Counted from the first letter of the stretch, positions 27,087 to 37,237 are shown. The stretch: 64,000 nt of DNA from Taibaiella sp. (GCA_041660405.1 JBAZWL010000019.1:9792-73791); one strand, 5' to 3'. The notes: generated by a model from the letters alone, not told the origin. Made by a program: numbers and translations.

Positions 27087-29471
27087 ATGAACTATATTCA
27101 ATCCTTCTCCGAAACCGACATGAATGATATAGCCATCGTTGGCGGCAAAAACGCTTCCCTTGGTGAACTCTATAGCAAGCTTTCAAAATCCGGAATCAGG
27201 GTACCAGATGGCTTTGCGACAACAGCTGATGCATTCCATCTTTTTATCAACGAAAATCAACTGTCCTATGCGTTGAAACAAATACTTTCGACACTTGACA
27301 CAACAACTTATGTGAACCTTGCCGAAGTGGGTAAAGCTTGTCGTGGCTTAGTCCTCAGTGCAAAACTGCCAGAGCAACTACAACAGGAATTGCTCGCAGC
27401 TTATGGGACCATGAATGATGGCACAGCTGCAGTTGCAGTACGAAGTAGTGCTACTGCAGAAGACCTGCCCTCAGCAAGTTTCGCCGGGCAACATGAATCC
27501 TTTCTGAATGTAATCGGAGCACAAGCTTTGCTGAAAGCAGTCCAGGCATGTTTCGCCTCCTTGTATACAGACCGTGTGATCAAGTACCGTAACGAGAACG
27601 GATTTCCACATGATAAGGTCGCTTTATCAGTGGGCGTACAAAAGATGGTAAGGGCAGACAAAGGCTGCTCAGGTGTATGCTTCACACTGGAGCCTGAAAC
27701 AGGTTTCAGAGATGTTGTGCATATTGCCGGAGTATGGGGACTTGGCGAAAACATTGTGCAAGGCACTGTAACGCCTGATGAATTTCTTGTGTTCAAACCA
27801 ACATTACAACAGAACAAGAATGCCATCATTCAGAAAACCCTGGGTAGCAAGGAAAAATGTATGCGGTATGCAGATGGGTCCGGACATACAGGCGTAATGA
27901 ATACCAATACACCAGAAGCCCTGAAGACAACTTTTGTGCTACAGGATAAAGAGATATTGCAACTGGCACGATGGGCTATGGAGATCGAAGCACACTACGG
28001 CAAACCCATGGATATTGAATGGGCGAAGGATGGAATCACACAGGAATTGTTCATATTACAGGCAAGGCCTGAAACTGTCCATAGCAAAGAGAATCAGCCT
28101 GTGGTTACCTGGTATAAACTGTCCGGAAAGTATTCCCCTTTTGTATGTGGCATTGCCGTGGGCAGCAAGATCGTTTCAGGCATAGCACGTATACTGACTA
28201 GTCCTGAAGACGCGGAACGGTTAAAACCTGGAGATATACTTGTTACAGAAACTACCAGTCCTGACTGGAATCCATACCTGAAAAGAGCAGGCGGAATTAT
28301 TACCGATAAAGGAGGGCGTACCAGCCATGCCTCTATCATAGCGAGGGAGATGGGCACCCCTGCAATTGTTGGCTGCGGTGATGCCACACAAAAAATTCAG
28401 GATGGCATGTTGGTGACAATTAGTTGTGCAGAAGGTAAAGAAGGACATATCTATGAAGGTCAAGCAGAATGGACAGAGGAACAGATCGACTTCACCAGGA
28501 TATTAATGCCTCAAAGAACCGACCCCATGCTCATTCTTGCTGATCCTGAACAGGCATTCCGTAACTCATTTTATCCCAACAAGGGCGTGGGTCTATTGCG
28601 CATGGAGTTTATCATTAGTAACTCTATCCGCATACATCCGATGGCCCTGGTAAAATTTAATGAACTGAAAGACACTGCAGTAAAAGAACAAATTATGTCA
28701 TTGACCAAAGGCTATATAGACAAGCAGCAATACTTTATTGACAAGCTTGCGCAGGCCGTTGGCACAGTAGCTGCTGCCTTTTACCCTAAAGATGTAATTG
28801 TCAGGATGAGCGACTTCAAAACAAATGAATATGCTGACCTGATAGGCGGAAAGGCTTTCGAACCGGATGAAGAAAACCCGATGCTGGGCTTCAGAGGTGC
28901 TTCGCGTTATTATCACCCATTGTACAAAGACGCATTCAGGCTGGAATGCCTGGCCATGAAAAAGATCAGGGAAGAGATGGGGTTGACCAATGTTAAACTC
29001 ATGATTCCATTTTGCAGAACTGTTGATGAGGGACAAAAGGTCATAGACATCATGCGGCAAAACGGATTGTCGCAACACGTAAATGGATTGGAAATTTATA
29101 TGATGGCCGAGATTCCTTCTAACGTATTACTTGCTGAAGAATTCTCAAAAATCTTTGATGGTTTTTCAATAGGTTCGAACGATCTGACCCAACTCACACT
29201 TGGTATCGACAGGGATTCCTCCCTTATTGCACCATTGTTTTCTGAACGGAATCCGGCCGCCATGAAGATGATCTCTACCATGATTAAAGAGGCTAAAACA
29301 TTTGGAAAAAAAGTAGGCCTATGCGGGCAGGCACCCAGTGATGATCCGGAGTTCGCAGCTTTCCTGATTGCCAAAGGCATCAATAGCATCTCTTATAATC
29401 CAGACGCGCTACTGAAAGGTATAAAGAATATGGTTGAGGCAGAAGAAAAATTAATAGCGACAATATCGTGA
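27087..29471 (+). CDS. ppsA: Phosphoenolpyruvate synthase (pyruvate,water dikinase)
   Basis: VGGKNASLGE, AVRSSATAED, GGRTSHA (phospho-His), SIGSNDLTQ, CGQAPSD. Confidence 0.97.
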   Translation: MNYIQSFSETDMNDIAIVGGKNASLGELYSKLSKSGIRVPDGFATTADAFHLFINENQLSYALKQILSTLDTTTYVNLAEVGKACRGLVLSAKLPEQLQQELLAAYGTMNDGTAAVAVRSSATAEDLPSASFAGQHESFLNVIGAQALLKAVQACFASLYTDRVIKYRNENGFPHDKVALSVGVQKMVRADKGCSGVCFTLEPETGFRDVVHIAGVWGLGENIVQGTVTPDEFLVFKPTLQQNKNAIIQKTLGSKEKCMRYADGSGHTGVMNTNTPEALKTTFVLQDKEILQLARWAMEIEAHYGKPMDIEWAKDGITQELFILQARPETVHSKENQPVVTWYKLSGKYSPFVCGIAVGSKIVSGIARILTSPEDAERLKPGDILVTETTSPDWNPYLKRAGGIITDKGGRTSHASIIAREMGTPAIVGCGDATQKIQDGMLVTISCAEGKEGHIYEGQAEWTEEQIDFTRILMPQRTDPMLILADPEQAFRNSFYPNKGVGLLRMEFIISNSIRIHPMALVKFNELKDTAVKEQIMSLTKGYIDKQQYFIDKLAQAVGTVAAAFYPKDVIVRMSDFKTNEYADLIGGKAFEPDEENPMLGFRGASRYYHPLYKDAFRLECLAMKKIREEMGLTNVKLMIPFCRTVDEGQKVIDIMRQNGLSQHVNGLEIYMMAEIPSNVLLAEEFSKIFDGFSIGSNDLTQLTLGIDRDSSLIAPLFSERNPAAMKMISTMIKEAKTFGKKVGLCGQAPSDDPEFAAFLIAKGINSISYNPDALLKGIKNMVEAEEKLIATIS

Positions 29472-29496
29472 AGTGACATTCCATATATAAATAACA

Positions 29497-29562
29497 ATGA
29501 TCATAATCATGTTTTTCCATGACTGATATTATTAGTCATCGTGGCCGCCTTGATTATTTTTG
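29497..29562 (+). promoter_or_regulatory. Tandem FNR-like boxes plus -7 element
   Basis: ATGATCATAATCAT 29497, ATGACTGATATTAT 29519, 22-nt gap, TATTTTTG 29555. Confidence 0.75.
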
Positions 29563-29575
29563 AATATTGACGAAC

Positions 29576-29953
29576 ATGCATAAAGAGATAAAGCTTGCAA
29601 GAGCACATTGTATAAAAGAATGCAGGAAATGGCAAACAGTTTTAAATGAATTGCGAACACGAAATGTTCAGCTCAAGGAGCAACTTTCGCAGGCTATCAA
29701 AGGCGATGTAAGTCTTTCATTTGTAGAACAGGCAGAAATTTTCCAGCAAAAATTTGTCGAAAAAGACCAAATTTTAGAACTATTGCGCCACGATGTAAGG
29801 GCAATGTTGGATAAGCTGTTGGAACATGGAATCACGGGTACGGTAGAACGACAATATTCTCTGTTAAAAAAGGATATAGCGAAACTAATGGACGAATTTT
29901 ACCAAATGGAAATGTCCTTTTCTGAATTTGTAGCTTCGAATAAAAACAAGTAA
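29576..29953 (+). CDS. Hypothetical all-helical protein
   Basis: Intact ORF with its own promoter; copy at 14429, distant relative at 3107. Confidence 0.75.
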   Translation: MHKEIKLARAHCIKECRKWQTVLNELRTRNVQLKEQLSQAIKGDVSLSFVEQAEIFQQKFVEKDQILELLRHDVRAMLDKLLEHGITGTVERQYSLLKKDIAKLMDEFYQMEMSFSEFVASNKNK

Positions 29954-29988
29954 CATAAAAAGCTAAGCCTGCACTTATAAACACCTGT

Positions 29989-30016
29989 TAATGCCGCATA
30001 AATAAATGCGGCATTT
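29989..30016. terminator. Bidirectional terminator (also present in the copy near 14841-14867)
   Basis: AATGCCGCAT-AAATAA-ATGCGGCATT. Confidence 0.7.
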
Positions 30017-30037
30017 CAGCATAGCAAACGCAACTCC

Positions 30038-31096
30038 TCAATTATACATCCTTTCCAGCTTAGTATAATTCAGTATTTTAATCTTACTGCCTTCCAAAAC
30101 AATCAGTTTCTCATCCTTAAGTTCGCTGAGCATCCGAATGAGCGATTCCTTGGCGACTCCGGCGATAGCAGCCAGATTTTCTCTGGACAAGTCTATGTGA
30201 AAAGACTCGTCATTTTTTTGATTGTATTTTCTATGTAAGATTACTAAGGTATCGGCTACCTTTTTCCGCAGCGAGTTATAGGCTATGGCCAGCAACTTTT
30301 CTTCGTTATCGTCTATATTACGCGCCAATATGCCAATGAATTTTTTCATTACAGAAGGGTTACTGCCGATCAGCTCGTCGAACTCGGAACGGGGAATAAT
30401 GGCTAGTTCAGTATCTTCCAGTGCTTCCGCTGTTTCACGATAGGTTTTGCCTTCCATCAATGGAAGATAACCCAGGAAATCACCTTCATTGTACAAACCG
30501 GTTATCAATTCCTTGCCATCATCGTTTCGTCTATACGCTTTCACCTTTCCTTTTACAATATAGAAAAGGCGTGAAGGATGGTTTCCTTCAGAATAGATTA
30601 CCTGTTTCTTTTTATATCGGTTGGTGCTGCGGCCTTCCTTAAGTTCTTCCAGGTAGTCTTTCCCTGCAGATATACCGATAAGTTCATTCATACCTTGCAG
30701 GTTATCAGGGAAAGACTTTTTCAGCAGTTCTGTTTTCCTCAGGCGTACCTCAATAGCATTGAGCAACTCTGTGCCATCAAAGGGTTTGGTAATATAATCA
30801 TCAGCCCCCATTTCCATACCCTTCCTTATTTCATTCCGTTCTGACTTTGCCGTTAAAAAAATAAATGGAACGTGCTGCAGTTCGGTATTTTTCTGGATCA
30901 TGTGCAGTACCCCGTATCCATCAAGCACAGGCATCATAATATCACAGAGGATCAGATCAGGCTTTTCCTTAATAGCTAATGCCACCCCCTCTTTACCATT
31001 CTCTGAAGTATGCACTTCATAACCGGCGAGGTCAAGGATCTCAGCCATATTTTCTCTTATTTCAGCGTTGTCTTCAATTAGCAGGATCTTCTTCAT
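30038..31096 (-). CDS. Hybrid response regulator: REC + cNMP-binding-fold + Crp HTH
   Basis: LLIEDN, LCDIMMP, ITKPF; VIYSEG, GKVK; SRENLAAIAGVAKESLIR. Confidence 0.95.
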   Translation of the reverse strand: MKKILLIEDNAEIRENMAEILDLAGYEVHTSENGKEGVALAIKEKPDLILCDIMMPVLDGYGVLHMIQKNTELQHVPFIFLTAKSERNEIRKGMEMGADDYITKPFDGTELLNAIEVRLRKTELLKKSFPDNLQGMNELIGISAGKDYLEELKEGRSTNRYKKKQVIYSEGNHPSRLFYIVKGKVKAYRRNDDGKELITGLYNEGDFLGYLPLMEGKTYRETAEALEDTELAIIPRSEFDELIGSNPSVMKKFIGILARNIDDNEEKLLAIAYNSLRKKVADTLVILHRKYNQKNDESFHIDLSRENLAAIAGVAKESLIRMLSELKDEKLIVLEGSKIKILNYTKLERMYN

Positions 31097-31101
31097 AAAA
31101 A

Positions 31102-31139
31102 TTATTTAGTTCAGGTCATGTTATTTAGTTCAGGTCATG
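31102..31139. repeat. 19-bp perfect tandem duplication covering the HK stop codon
   Basis: TTATTTAGTTCAGGTCATG twice (31102-31120, 31121-31139). Confidence 0.9.
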
Positions 31140-32720
31140 GAGGGAAAAGTGTATTTCAAAAGTAGTGCCCCCGCCCAGTTCGCTTTTGCAGGTAATAGTC
31201 CCGTTCATCAATTCTACATACTTTTGTACAATATGCAGTCCCAGGCCGGTGCCTTGAATATTGGTAACATTAGCACCACGAAAAAAACGTTCAAAAAGAT
31301 GCTGCTGGTCTTCGTTCGAGATACCCATTCCATTATCCGAAACAGAAAGTATTAAGCTATCATCTAATCGTTTGCTTCGCAGACCAATAATTCCATTTTC
31401 AGGAGAAAACTTTATGGCATTGGAAAGGAGGTTCATGACAATATGCTTCAACAACGATGGATCAAGATTTACGAAGACATCACCTTCATGTTCATACCGG
31501 ATGCTTTGTCCATTTTTTAGAAGGCCATTAAGCTCAGCATTGATCTGCTGCAGATGCTGTGGTATGTCAAATGTAATGTACCGTGTCTGCATCTTCCCTT
31601 CTTCGATTTTCCCCACTGAAAGAAAATCATTGAGTATATCTGTAAGCAAATTGACGGACGAAACAATCCGACGTACATGTCTTTCCCTTTTTGGATGGTC
31701 TTCCTTTTCCTCGTATTTTGATAGCAGGTAAGCAGATGAAAGTACGGTGCTGAGTGGAGTGCGAAATTCATGTGATGCCATGGAGACGAACCTGGATTTA
31801 AGCTCACCAAGCTCCTTTTCTTTTTCAAGTGCTAAACGCAGGTCGGTTTCCGCCTTTTTCCTTTCTGATATGTCCATGGCAATACCAAGGTACCCTTCGA
31901 TATCGCCATGAGCGTTGCGCATCGCTGTAAAAGTTTGCGATGAAGGAAAATTACTTCCGTCTTTCCGGATATATGTAAGCTCATGTTCGTTCGGTAGGCC
32001 GGTATCTGCCCGCTCAATCAACTCCGGTAATTTTACATCTTCATCCTTCAAAAAAGCAACAGGGGTTTCTTTATCGATAATATCAGATGCTTGATAACCC
32101 AAATTACGTTCGGCGGAAGGATTAAACATTTTAATGACTCCGTCCTTGTCCGTCACATAAATAATAGCTTCCGCATGGTCCCAGATATTATATAGGAATG
32201 TATTGACACGATTTAATTCAGCATCTTTCGCTTCGGTCTGCGCAATCAACGCGGCTAATTGTTTCACAGTGCTGGTCAGCGTTTCTGTCCGCTCCTCAAT
32301 TGTTTGTTCCAGTTCTTCATTAAGATGTTGCAGCGCAAGTTCAGCTTCTTTGCGTTTGGAGATGTCACTTAAAAAAGCAATAACATATTTGCCTTGCTCT
32401 AATTCATAATTGCCCAGGCTTACCTCCACGGGAAATTCGCTACCATCCTTTCGCGCAGCAAATAAATCCATGCCTAACCCCATGGGCCTGCTTTTGGGAC
32501 GTTCATTGTACTGATCCACATGCTTTACATGTCGCTGATGAAACCGAGACGGGATTAACTTTTCAATACGCTGTCCGAGCAACTCGCTTTCATCATATCC
32601 AAACTGTTTCAAAAGAAAAGGATTAACGAGCTCTATTATTCCCCTGTCATTGGCAACCATAATGCCCATGGAAGCATTGAGAAATAATGCATCGAAGCTT
32701 ACGCCGGTGCCAGTGTTCAT
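31125..32720 (-). CDS. Cytoplasmic PAS-PAS sensor histidine kinase with a FixL-like first PAS
   Basis: LIPSRFHQRHVKH...RPMG...RKDGSEFPVEVSL; H-box SHEFRTPL; N-box NLLSNAIKFS; DNGMGI; GTGLGL; no TM segment. Confidence 0.95.
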   Translation of the reverse strand: MNTGTGVSFDALFLNASMGIMVANDRGIIELVNPFLLKQFGYDESELLGQRIEKLIPSRFHQRHVKHVDQYNERPKSRPMGLGMDLFAARKDGSEFPVEVSLGNYELEQGKYVIAFLSDISKRKEAELALQHLNEELEQTIEERTETLTSTVKQLAALIAQTEAKDAELNRVNTFLYNIWDHAEAIIYVTDKDGVIKMFNPSAERNLGYQASDIIDKETPVAFLKDEDVKLPELIERADTGLPNEHELTYIRKDGSNFPSSQTFTAMRNAHGDIEGYLGIAMDISERKKAETDLRLALEKEKELGELKSRFVSMASHEFRTPLSTVLSSAYLLSKYEEKEDHPKRERHVRRIVSSVNLLTDILNDFLSVGKIEEGKMQTRYITFDIPQHLQQINAELNGLLKNGQSIRYEHEGDVFVNLDPSLLKHIVMNLLSNAIKFSPENGIIGLRSKRLDDSLILSVSDNGMGISNEDQQHLFERFFRGANVTNIQGTGLGLHIVQKYVELMNGTITCKSELGGGTTFEIHFSLHDLN

Positions 32721-32866
32721 GAGAGCGTCTTTTTGGGAGTTACGAGTTTACAAATATACAGATTTTATACTACCTTATCTATCATCCAAAACATAAATAA
32801 ATACCCGAAACATCTTTAGGTATAGCAATTTTATCTTATCACAAACAAGAAGGTCACTCCACAGCT

Positions 32867-32933
32867 GATATCACGATCATATAATTAACTGACGACAGTC
32901 ATTGTACCGAGGTATCCCTCTCACCTACTTTTG
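32867..32933 (+). promoter_or_regulatory. FNR-like box plus -7 element for hsp20-BON
   Basis: CTGACGACAGTCAT 32889-32902, 23-nt gap, TACTTTTG 32926; ATCAT half-site ends at 32880. Confidence 0.7.
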
Positions 32934-33013
32934 TTCAACTTAAGCGTTGTGATCTTATTCATTTTGATACGACACAAATTTATTCATTCATTTAAAAAAC
33001 AAAGGAGGACACT

Positions 33014-33454
33014 ATGTCTAAACATTCATTGATCAATTTGAAAGAAATTTTCCCGCAATCTATTGACGATTTCTTTACTCCCTGGAATGACTGGTTCAGG
33101 AAAAACAATCCATTCAATCATTCATCTGTTCCTGCTATGAACATAACAGATGAAAATGATCATTACAAAGTAACCGTGGCTGCTCCCGGACTACAAAAAA
33201 AGGACTTCGACATTGATCTGGACAACAACATCCTTACGATTAGTGCATCTTCGGAAAAAGAGCATGAAGAGGAGAAGAAAAAATATAGTCGCAGGGAATA
33301 CAGCTATTCCAGTTTTTCCAGATCCTTTTCCTTACCTTCTGATGTTAAAGAAGACGCTATAGATGCCCAATATGAAAATGGCATCCTGACGTTGAATTTG
33401 CCTAAAAACGAACAGGCTCAACGTCAAGCTGAAAAGAAAATTGAAGTAAAATAA
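33014..33454 (+). CDS. Hsp20/alpha-crystallin small heat-shock protein
   Basis: PAMNI.D, APGL.K.D, FSRSFSLP, A.YENGIL. Confidence 0.95.
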   Translation: MSKHSLINLKEIFPQSIDDFFTPWNDWFRKNNPFNHSSVPAMNITDENDHYKVTVAAPGLQKKDFDIDLDNNILTISASSEKEHEEEKKKYSRREYSYSSFSRSFSLPSDVKEDAIDAQYENGILTLNLPKNEQAQRQAEKKIEVK

Positions 33455-33505
33455 TTGCCCTCGATTAAACTAAACCATTATTTAACCCAAATCAATATTT
33501 ATCTT

Positions 33506-34156
33506 ATGAAATCAGATAAAAAAATACAGCAGGATGTTATCGCTGAGCTCCAATGGGAGCCAGTGCTCAATGCCACCGAAATTGGTGTTGCTGTTAAAGA
33601 CGGCGTCGTAACGCTAAGTGGCCACGTAGGCAGTTATACCCAAAAAAGACAAGCTGAGACAGCGACAAAAAGGGTCAGGGATGTCAAAGCGGTTGCCATT
33701 GATCTGGACGTACAGCTTTCCACCGAAGATAATAGCAATGATACTGAAATCGGAACAGCAATTGTTGACGCTTTTCGTTGGAACACATTGGTCCCGGACG
33801 AAAAAATCAAAGCCAAAGTGGAAAATGGCTGGATCACGCTTGAAGGTGAAGTGGAATGGCAGTATCAGAAAGAAGCAGCCTACAACGCAGTAAACTTCTT
33901 GCGTGGTATCAAAGGTGTTTCCAACCTTATTATGGTAAAACCGGCCATCAGCAAAAGTCTTGTAAAGGACAATATCAAAAAAGCATTGGAGCGTAGTGCC
34001 GATATAGAAGCTGAAAAAATTGATGTAGTGACTTCAGGCCACAAGGTTACCCTTAAAGGAAAAGCCGGTTCATGGCATGAAAAAAACATCATTGAAAGGG
34101 CGGCATGGTCTTCCCCTGGTGTGAATGAAGTGGTTGATGAATTGGAATTGGTTTAA
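33506..34156 (+). CDS. Triple BON-domain (OsmY-like) protein
   Basis: V.DGVVTLSGHV, VENGWITLEGEV, VTLKG..AWSSPGV. Confidence 0.92.
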   Translation: MKSDKKIQQDVIAELQWEPVLNATEIGVAVKDGVVTLSGHVGSYTQKRQAETATKRVRDVKAVAIDLDVQLSTEDNSNDTEIGTAIVDAFRWNTLVPDEKIKAKVENGWITLEGEVEWQYQKEAAYNAVNFLRGIKGVSNLIMVKPAISKSLVKDNIKKALERSADIEAEKIDVVTSGHKVTLKGKAGSWHEKNIIERAAWSSPGVNEVVDELELV

Positions 34157-34177
34157 TGTAGATTTCAATCTGAATAC

Positions 34178-34210
34178 ATCTGCCTGTCATCAAGACGGGC
34201 AGATTTTATT
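34178..34210 (+). terminator. Intrinsic terminator
   Basis: ATCTGCCTGTC...GACGGGCAGAT followed by a T-rich run. Confidence 0.7.
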
Positions 34211-34297
34211 TTAAATTCTTTTAAGGAAATACAGCATAATACATCTCGAACACGTCATATATCCGAGTCTTTAATGATCGGTAAACTTGCCTTATTC

Positions 34298-34768
34298 CTA
34301 TAGATCAATGGACTTTTTAGCAAGCAAAACCTGACTGTGGTAAATGATCTGGCATTTGACAGAATGGGATACCAGGCAATATTTCTGTGCTTTGTCTAAT
34401 GCCGTCTTTGTTTCATCCATATTGCGCTCGTCAGCAATATAAATTATCGGATAAAGATCTACTTGTGTGAATTCGTATTGCCCCTGTATCCGTTCAACCT
34501 TACCTATTACTTCAGCTTTAAAATCCTGGATTTCCAATCCTTTTGAAAAAAACTGGAATGTTGTCATAAAGCAGCTACTTATTGAACACAGGAATAAGTG
34601 TTCCGGGCTCCAGTTATTTTCCGGACCACCAAACTCGGGTGGTACTGAGATATGGATTACACCTTTTACATCATTTGCCGTAAGTATTCCTCTCTGATCG
34701 GGTAACAGATTTAGCTGCACTTCAAATAATAGTGGTTCATTTCGTTTGGGAGATGTATTTTCAGACAT
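34298..34768 (-). CDS. OsmC-family protein
   Basis: PPEFGG..WSPEHLF, SSCF, KYCLVS. Confidence 0.85.
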   Translation of the reverse strand: MSENTSPKRNEPLLFEVQLNLLPDQRGILTANDVKGVIHISVPPEFGGPENNWSPEHLFLCSISSCFMTTFQFFSKGLEIQDFKAEVIGKVERIQGQYEFTQVDLYPIIYIADERNMDETKTALDKAQKYCLVSHSVKCQIIYHSQVLLAKKSIDL

Positions 34769-34988
34769 GACAGTTTTGTTTTAAATTAAAAATTGTTTGA
34801 TGAAAGAGCGGATTTCACCAGTCTATCATAAGTTTAGATGAGTGTATGTGAATCTTCTTATAAATTCATGCCATAACTGCGTTTTTATTCTTCCATTACA
34901 AGTACTGCTGCACCATGTATTTTACCATTACGTAAAGCATTAATTGCTTCATTGGCTTCATGTAGTTTAAACAATTGTGTAGAAGTTT

Positions 34989-35846
34989 TCACCGGAATTC
35001 TGTCTCAAATTGTTTCATGCTCCAGTTACCATCTACTATCATTCTCCTTATGGTATATAAGGAGGCCGGTTTATCTTTTTTTCCACTAAGCTGGAAGGCA
35101 GCATGATAGCCGCCCTCCTTAAGATATTCAATGGCAGATAAGTTCCAGGCTCCATAGGGATATGCGAAATATTCAATAGGGTTACCAGTAATTTTTTGCA
35201 ATAATTCTGTCGGCTTTTTTAACTGTATTTTCCAATCATTATTCTTGTATTGCGTGACATTATGATGATCCCAGGTGTGGCAGCCAATTATATGACCATT
35301 ATCTGCAAGATATCTAATATCCTTGCCTGCCATATATCCCGAACGACCAATTGTAACAGTCATAATAAAAAAAGTAGCCTTAAATCCGTATTGCTCTAAT
35401 TCAGGTAAAGCATTGAGATACTGACTTATCGTTCCGTCATCGAATGTGAGTAAGAGCGGCTTGTCTGGTAACTTTTCGCCTTGCTGGTAGAAGTTGACCA
35501 ACTGGTTTGGTAAAATTGTATGATATCCATTTTCATACAAAAATTTCATTTGCGTTCTAAATTTAGAAACAGGAACGATGTAGGGCCGCGCAGCTTTAGA
35601 ATCATTGCCATCACAGTCTCTAATCTGGTGATAGCAAAGTACTATTGGATCTGAATGAACCTTGTTTTCATCTGACGTATCGGTAACACCGACTATTGAC
35701 GAACTACCGGTATAGTACTGCATTTCAGACTTTGGGAAATTTCCTTTAGCAATAACGTTTCTATTGCATGACCAATAGTGCACTGAGATGATCAAGGTGA
35801 ACCAAAGAATAATGTTCTTATTTCCCATGACTATATAATTAGACAT
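34989..35846 (-). CDS. Polysaccharide deacetylase (NodB/CE4) family
   Basis: VLCYHQI, LTFDDG, HTWDH, FAYPYG. Confidence 0.9.
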   Translation of the reverse strand: MSNYIVMGNKNIILWFTLIISVHYWSCNRNVIAKGNFPKSEMQYYTGSSSIVGVTDTSDENKVHSDPIVLCYHQIRDCDGNDSKAARPYIVPVSKFRTQMKFLYENGYHTILPNQLVNFYQQGEKLPDKPLLLTFDDGTISQYLNALPELEQYGFKATFFIMTVTIGRSGYMAGKDIRYLADNGHIIGCHTWDHHNVTQYKNNDWKIQLKKPTELLQKITGNPIEYFAYPYGAWNLSAIEYLKEGGYHAAFQLSGKKDKPASLYTIRRMIVDGNWSMKQFETEFR

Positions 35847-36126
35847 TAGCCTGTTCTTCTTTTTTTGCAGAGGTACAGTGAGCAGGGAATTGATCGACCA
35901 TTTCATTTAAATCTTCGAGTTTGTCCTTTAGCCTGTCCCGTATATCAGCAATGTTATCCCTGCCCTCCTCTATCGTATCGCCAATTGAATTAAACAATCT
36001 TCTGCTTCGTCTGGCAATTTTTTTTCTTGTCCATTCACCTTTTTCAGGTGCAAACAAAATGCCCAGGGCTGTGCCAGCTGCCATCAGTGTTATAGACCCT
36101 AATAAAATCATACCTGCTTTTTTCAT
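35839..36126 (-). CDS. YtxH-domain protein
   Basis: AAGTALGILFAPEKG..TR. Confidence 0.85.
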   Translation of the reverse strand: MKKAGMILLGSITLMAAGTALGILFAPEKGEWTRKKIARRSRRLFNSIGDTIEEGRDNIADIRDRLKDKLEDLNEMVDQFPAHCTSAKKEEQANV

Positions 36127-36161
36127 AACAATTCGTTTTAGTTTAATAATATACATCTACG

Positions 36162-36206
36162 TAAAGATATCATTGGCCTCGTATGGACAACAATGATGCT
36201 AATCAC
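36162..36206 (-). promoter_or_regulatory. -7 element plus FNR-like box
   Basis: TATCTTTA (rc 36162-36169), 23-nt gap, ATGATGCTAATCAC 36193. Confidence 0.7.
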
Positions 36207-36364
36207 GAAAACAGATAACTTAACCTAATCGGCCTGATTAATATTAAGTATATGCTTTAAATGAAGTTGATAGAACTTTCGAATACTTATTAAGGTCCGT
36301 GATGCCCCGATATAATACCAGCTTGCCCATACAACTCAAACCATATTATTCATACTAAGACCTG

Positions 36365-37048
36365 CTAGTCATCAAATTCAAACTGAAACTCTTCAACCTC
36401 CAGTTTATTGTCGACACTGGTTATTCCAGGAGCTGACCATGCAACCTTTTCGGCATCATCACTTTCGGCAAAAGAACGGACGCTTCCGGTAAGGACAGCT
36501 TTGGTGCCAGTAACAATCACATTTATCTGTTTTGCGTCTAATGCTGCATGTCGATAGAACGATGCAAATATCTTCTTTTCAATATCGGAACCTTTTGTCC
36601 TGGGCTTTAACGTTATCAGGCTAACCACAGACTTTATACCATCTAAGTTTTCAATGGCTGCCTTTGCAGCTGCCCTTTGATATTCCCATTCTACCTCCCC
36701 GTCAAGTGTTACATACCCGTCTTCCACTTTTATCTTTATGTTCTCTTCCTGTACAGCAGTATTCCATTTTAATACATTAAGTATTGCCTCTGCAATTTCA
36801 GTATCCGATTTCTGATGATCAGACCAAAACCATACGTGGATATCAACTGCCACCGCTTTAACACCCGCTACCCTTTTAGCGGCATTTTCAGCAGCCAGTT
36901 TTTTTGCATAAGTATCCACAAGACCGTTTAACGTTACCACACCGTCCTTTACTGTCGCGTTAATTACAGAGCCAACCAATAGCGGTTCCCACAAGATTTC
37001 TTCTTGTACATCATTCTGGATTTGAAAATCACTTTTCATAAGTTTCAT
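36365..37048 (-). CDS. Triple BON-domain protein, paralog of 33506..34156
   Basis: VKDGVVTL.G.V, VEDGYVTLDGEVEW, AWSAPGI. Confidence 0.92.
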   Translation of the reverse strand: MKLMKSDFQIQNDVQEEILWEPLLVGSVINATVKDGVVTLNGLVDTYAKKLAAENAAKRVAGVKAVAVDIHVWFWSDHQKSDTEIAEAILNVLKWNTAVQEENIKIKVEDGYVTLDGEVEWEYQRAAAKAAIENLDGIKSVVSLITLKPRTKGSDIEKKIFASFYRHAALDAKQINVIVTGTKAVLTGSVRSFAESDDAEKVAWSAPGITSVDNKLEVEEFQFEFDD

Positions 37049-37079
37049 TTAATGAGGGTTAACAACATATTTTCCTGAA

Positions 37080-37145
37080 CAAAGGAATCCGATTTTAATC
37101 CCAAAATCTATGATATTAAACAGCTGCCTTAATGATATAAATTTG
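37080..37145 (-). promoter_or_regulatory. -7 element plus tandem FNR-like boxes
   Basis: TTCCTTTG (rc 37080-37087), 22-nt gap, ATGATATTAAACAG 37110, ATGATATAAATTTG 37132. Confidence 0.6.
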
Positions 37146-37237
37146 CTTACTATTCTATAATAGCGGTGTGATAAAGATGAAGTTGAAGGAATGAATCGGA
37201 TTGGATGTGATAGCTGGCTTATGCTCTTTTGAATATA

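Noticed and set aside
34897-34940. Box plus -7 element for the OsmC-like gene (ATTACGTAAAGCAT / TACTTGTA)
   Set aside because: Spacing fits 22 nt but both elements are too degenerate to count
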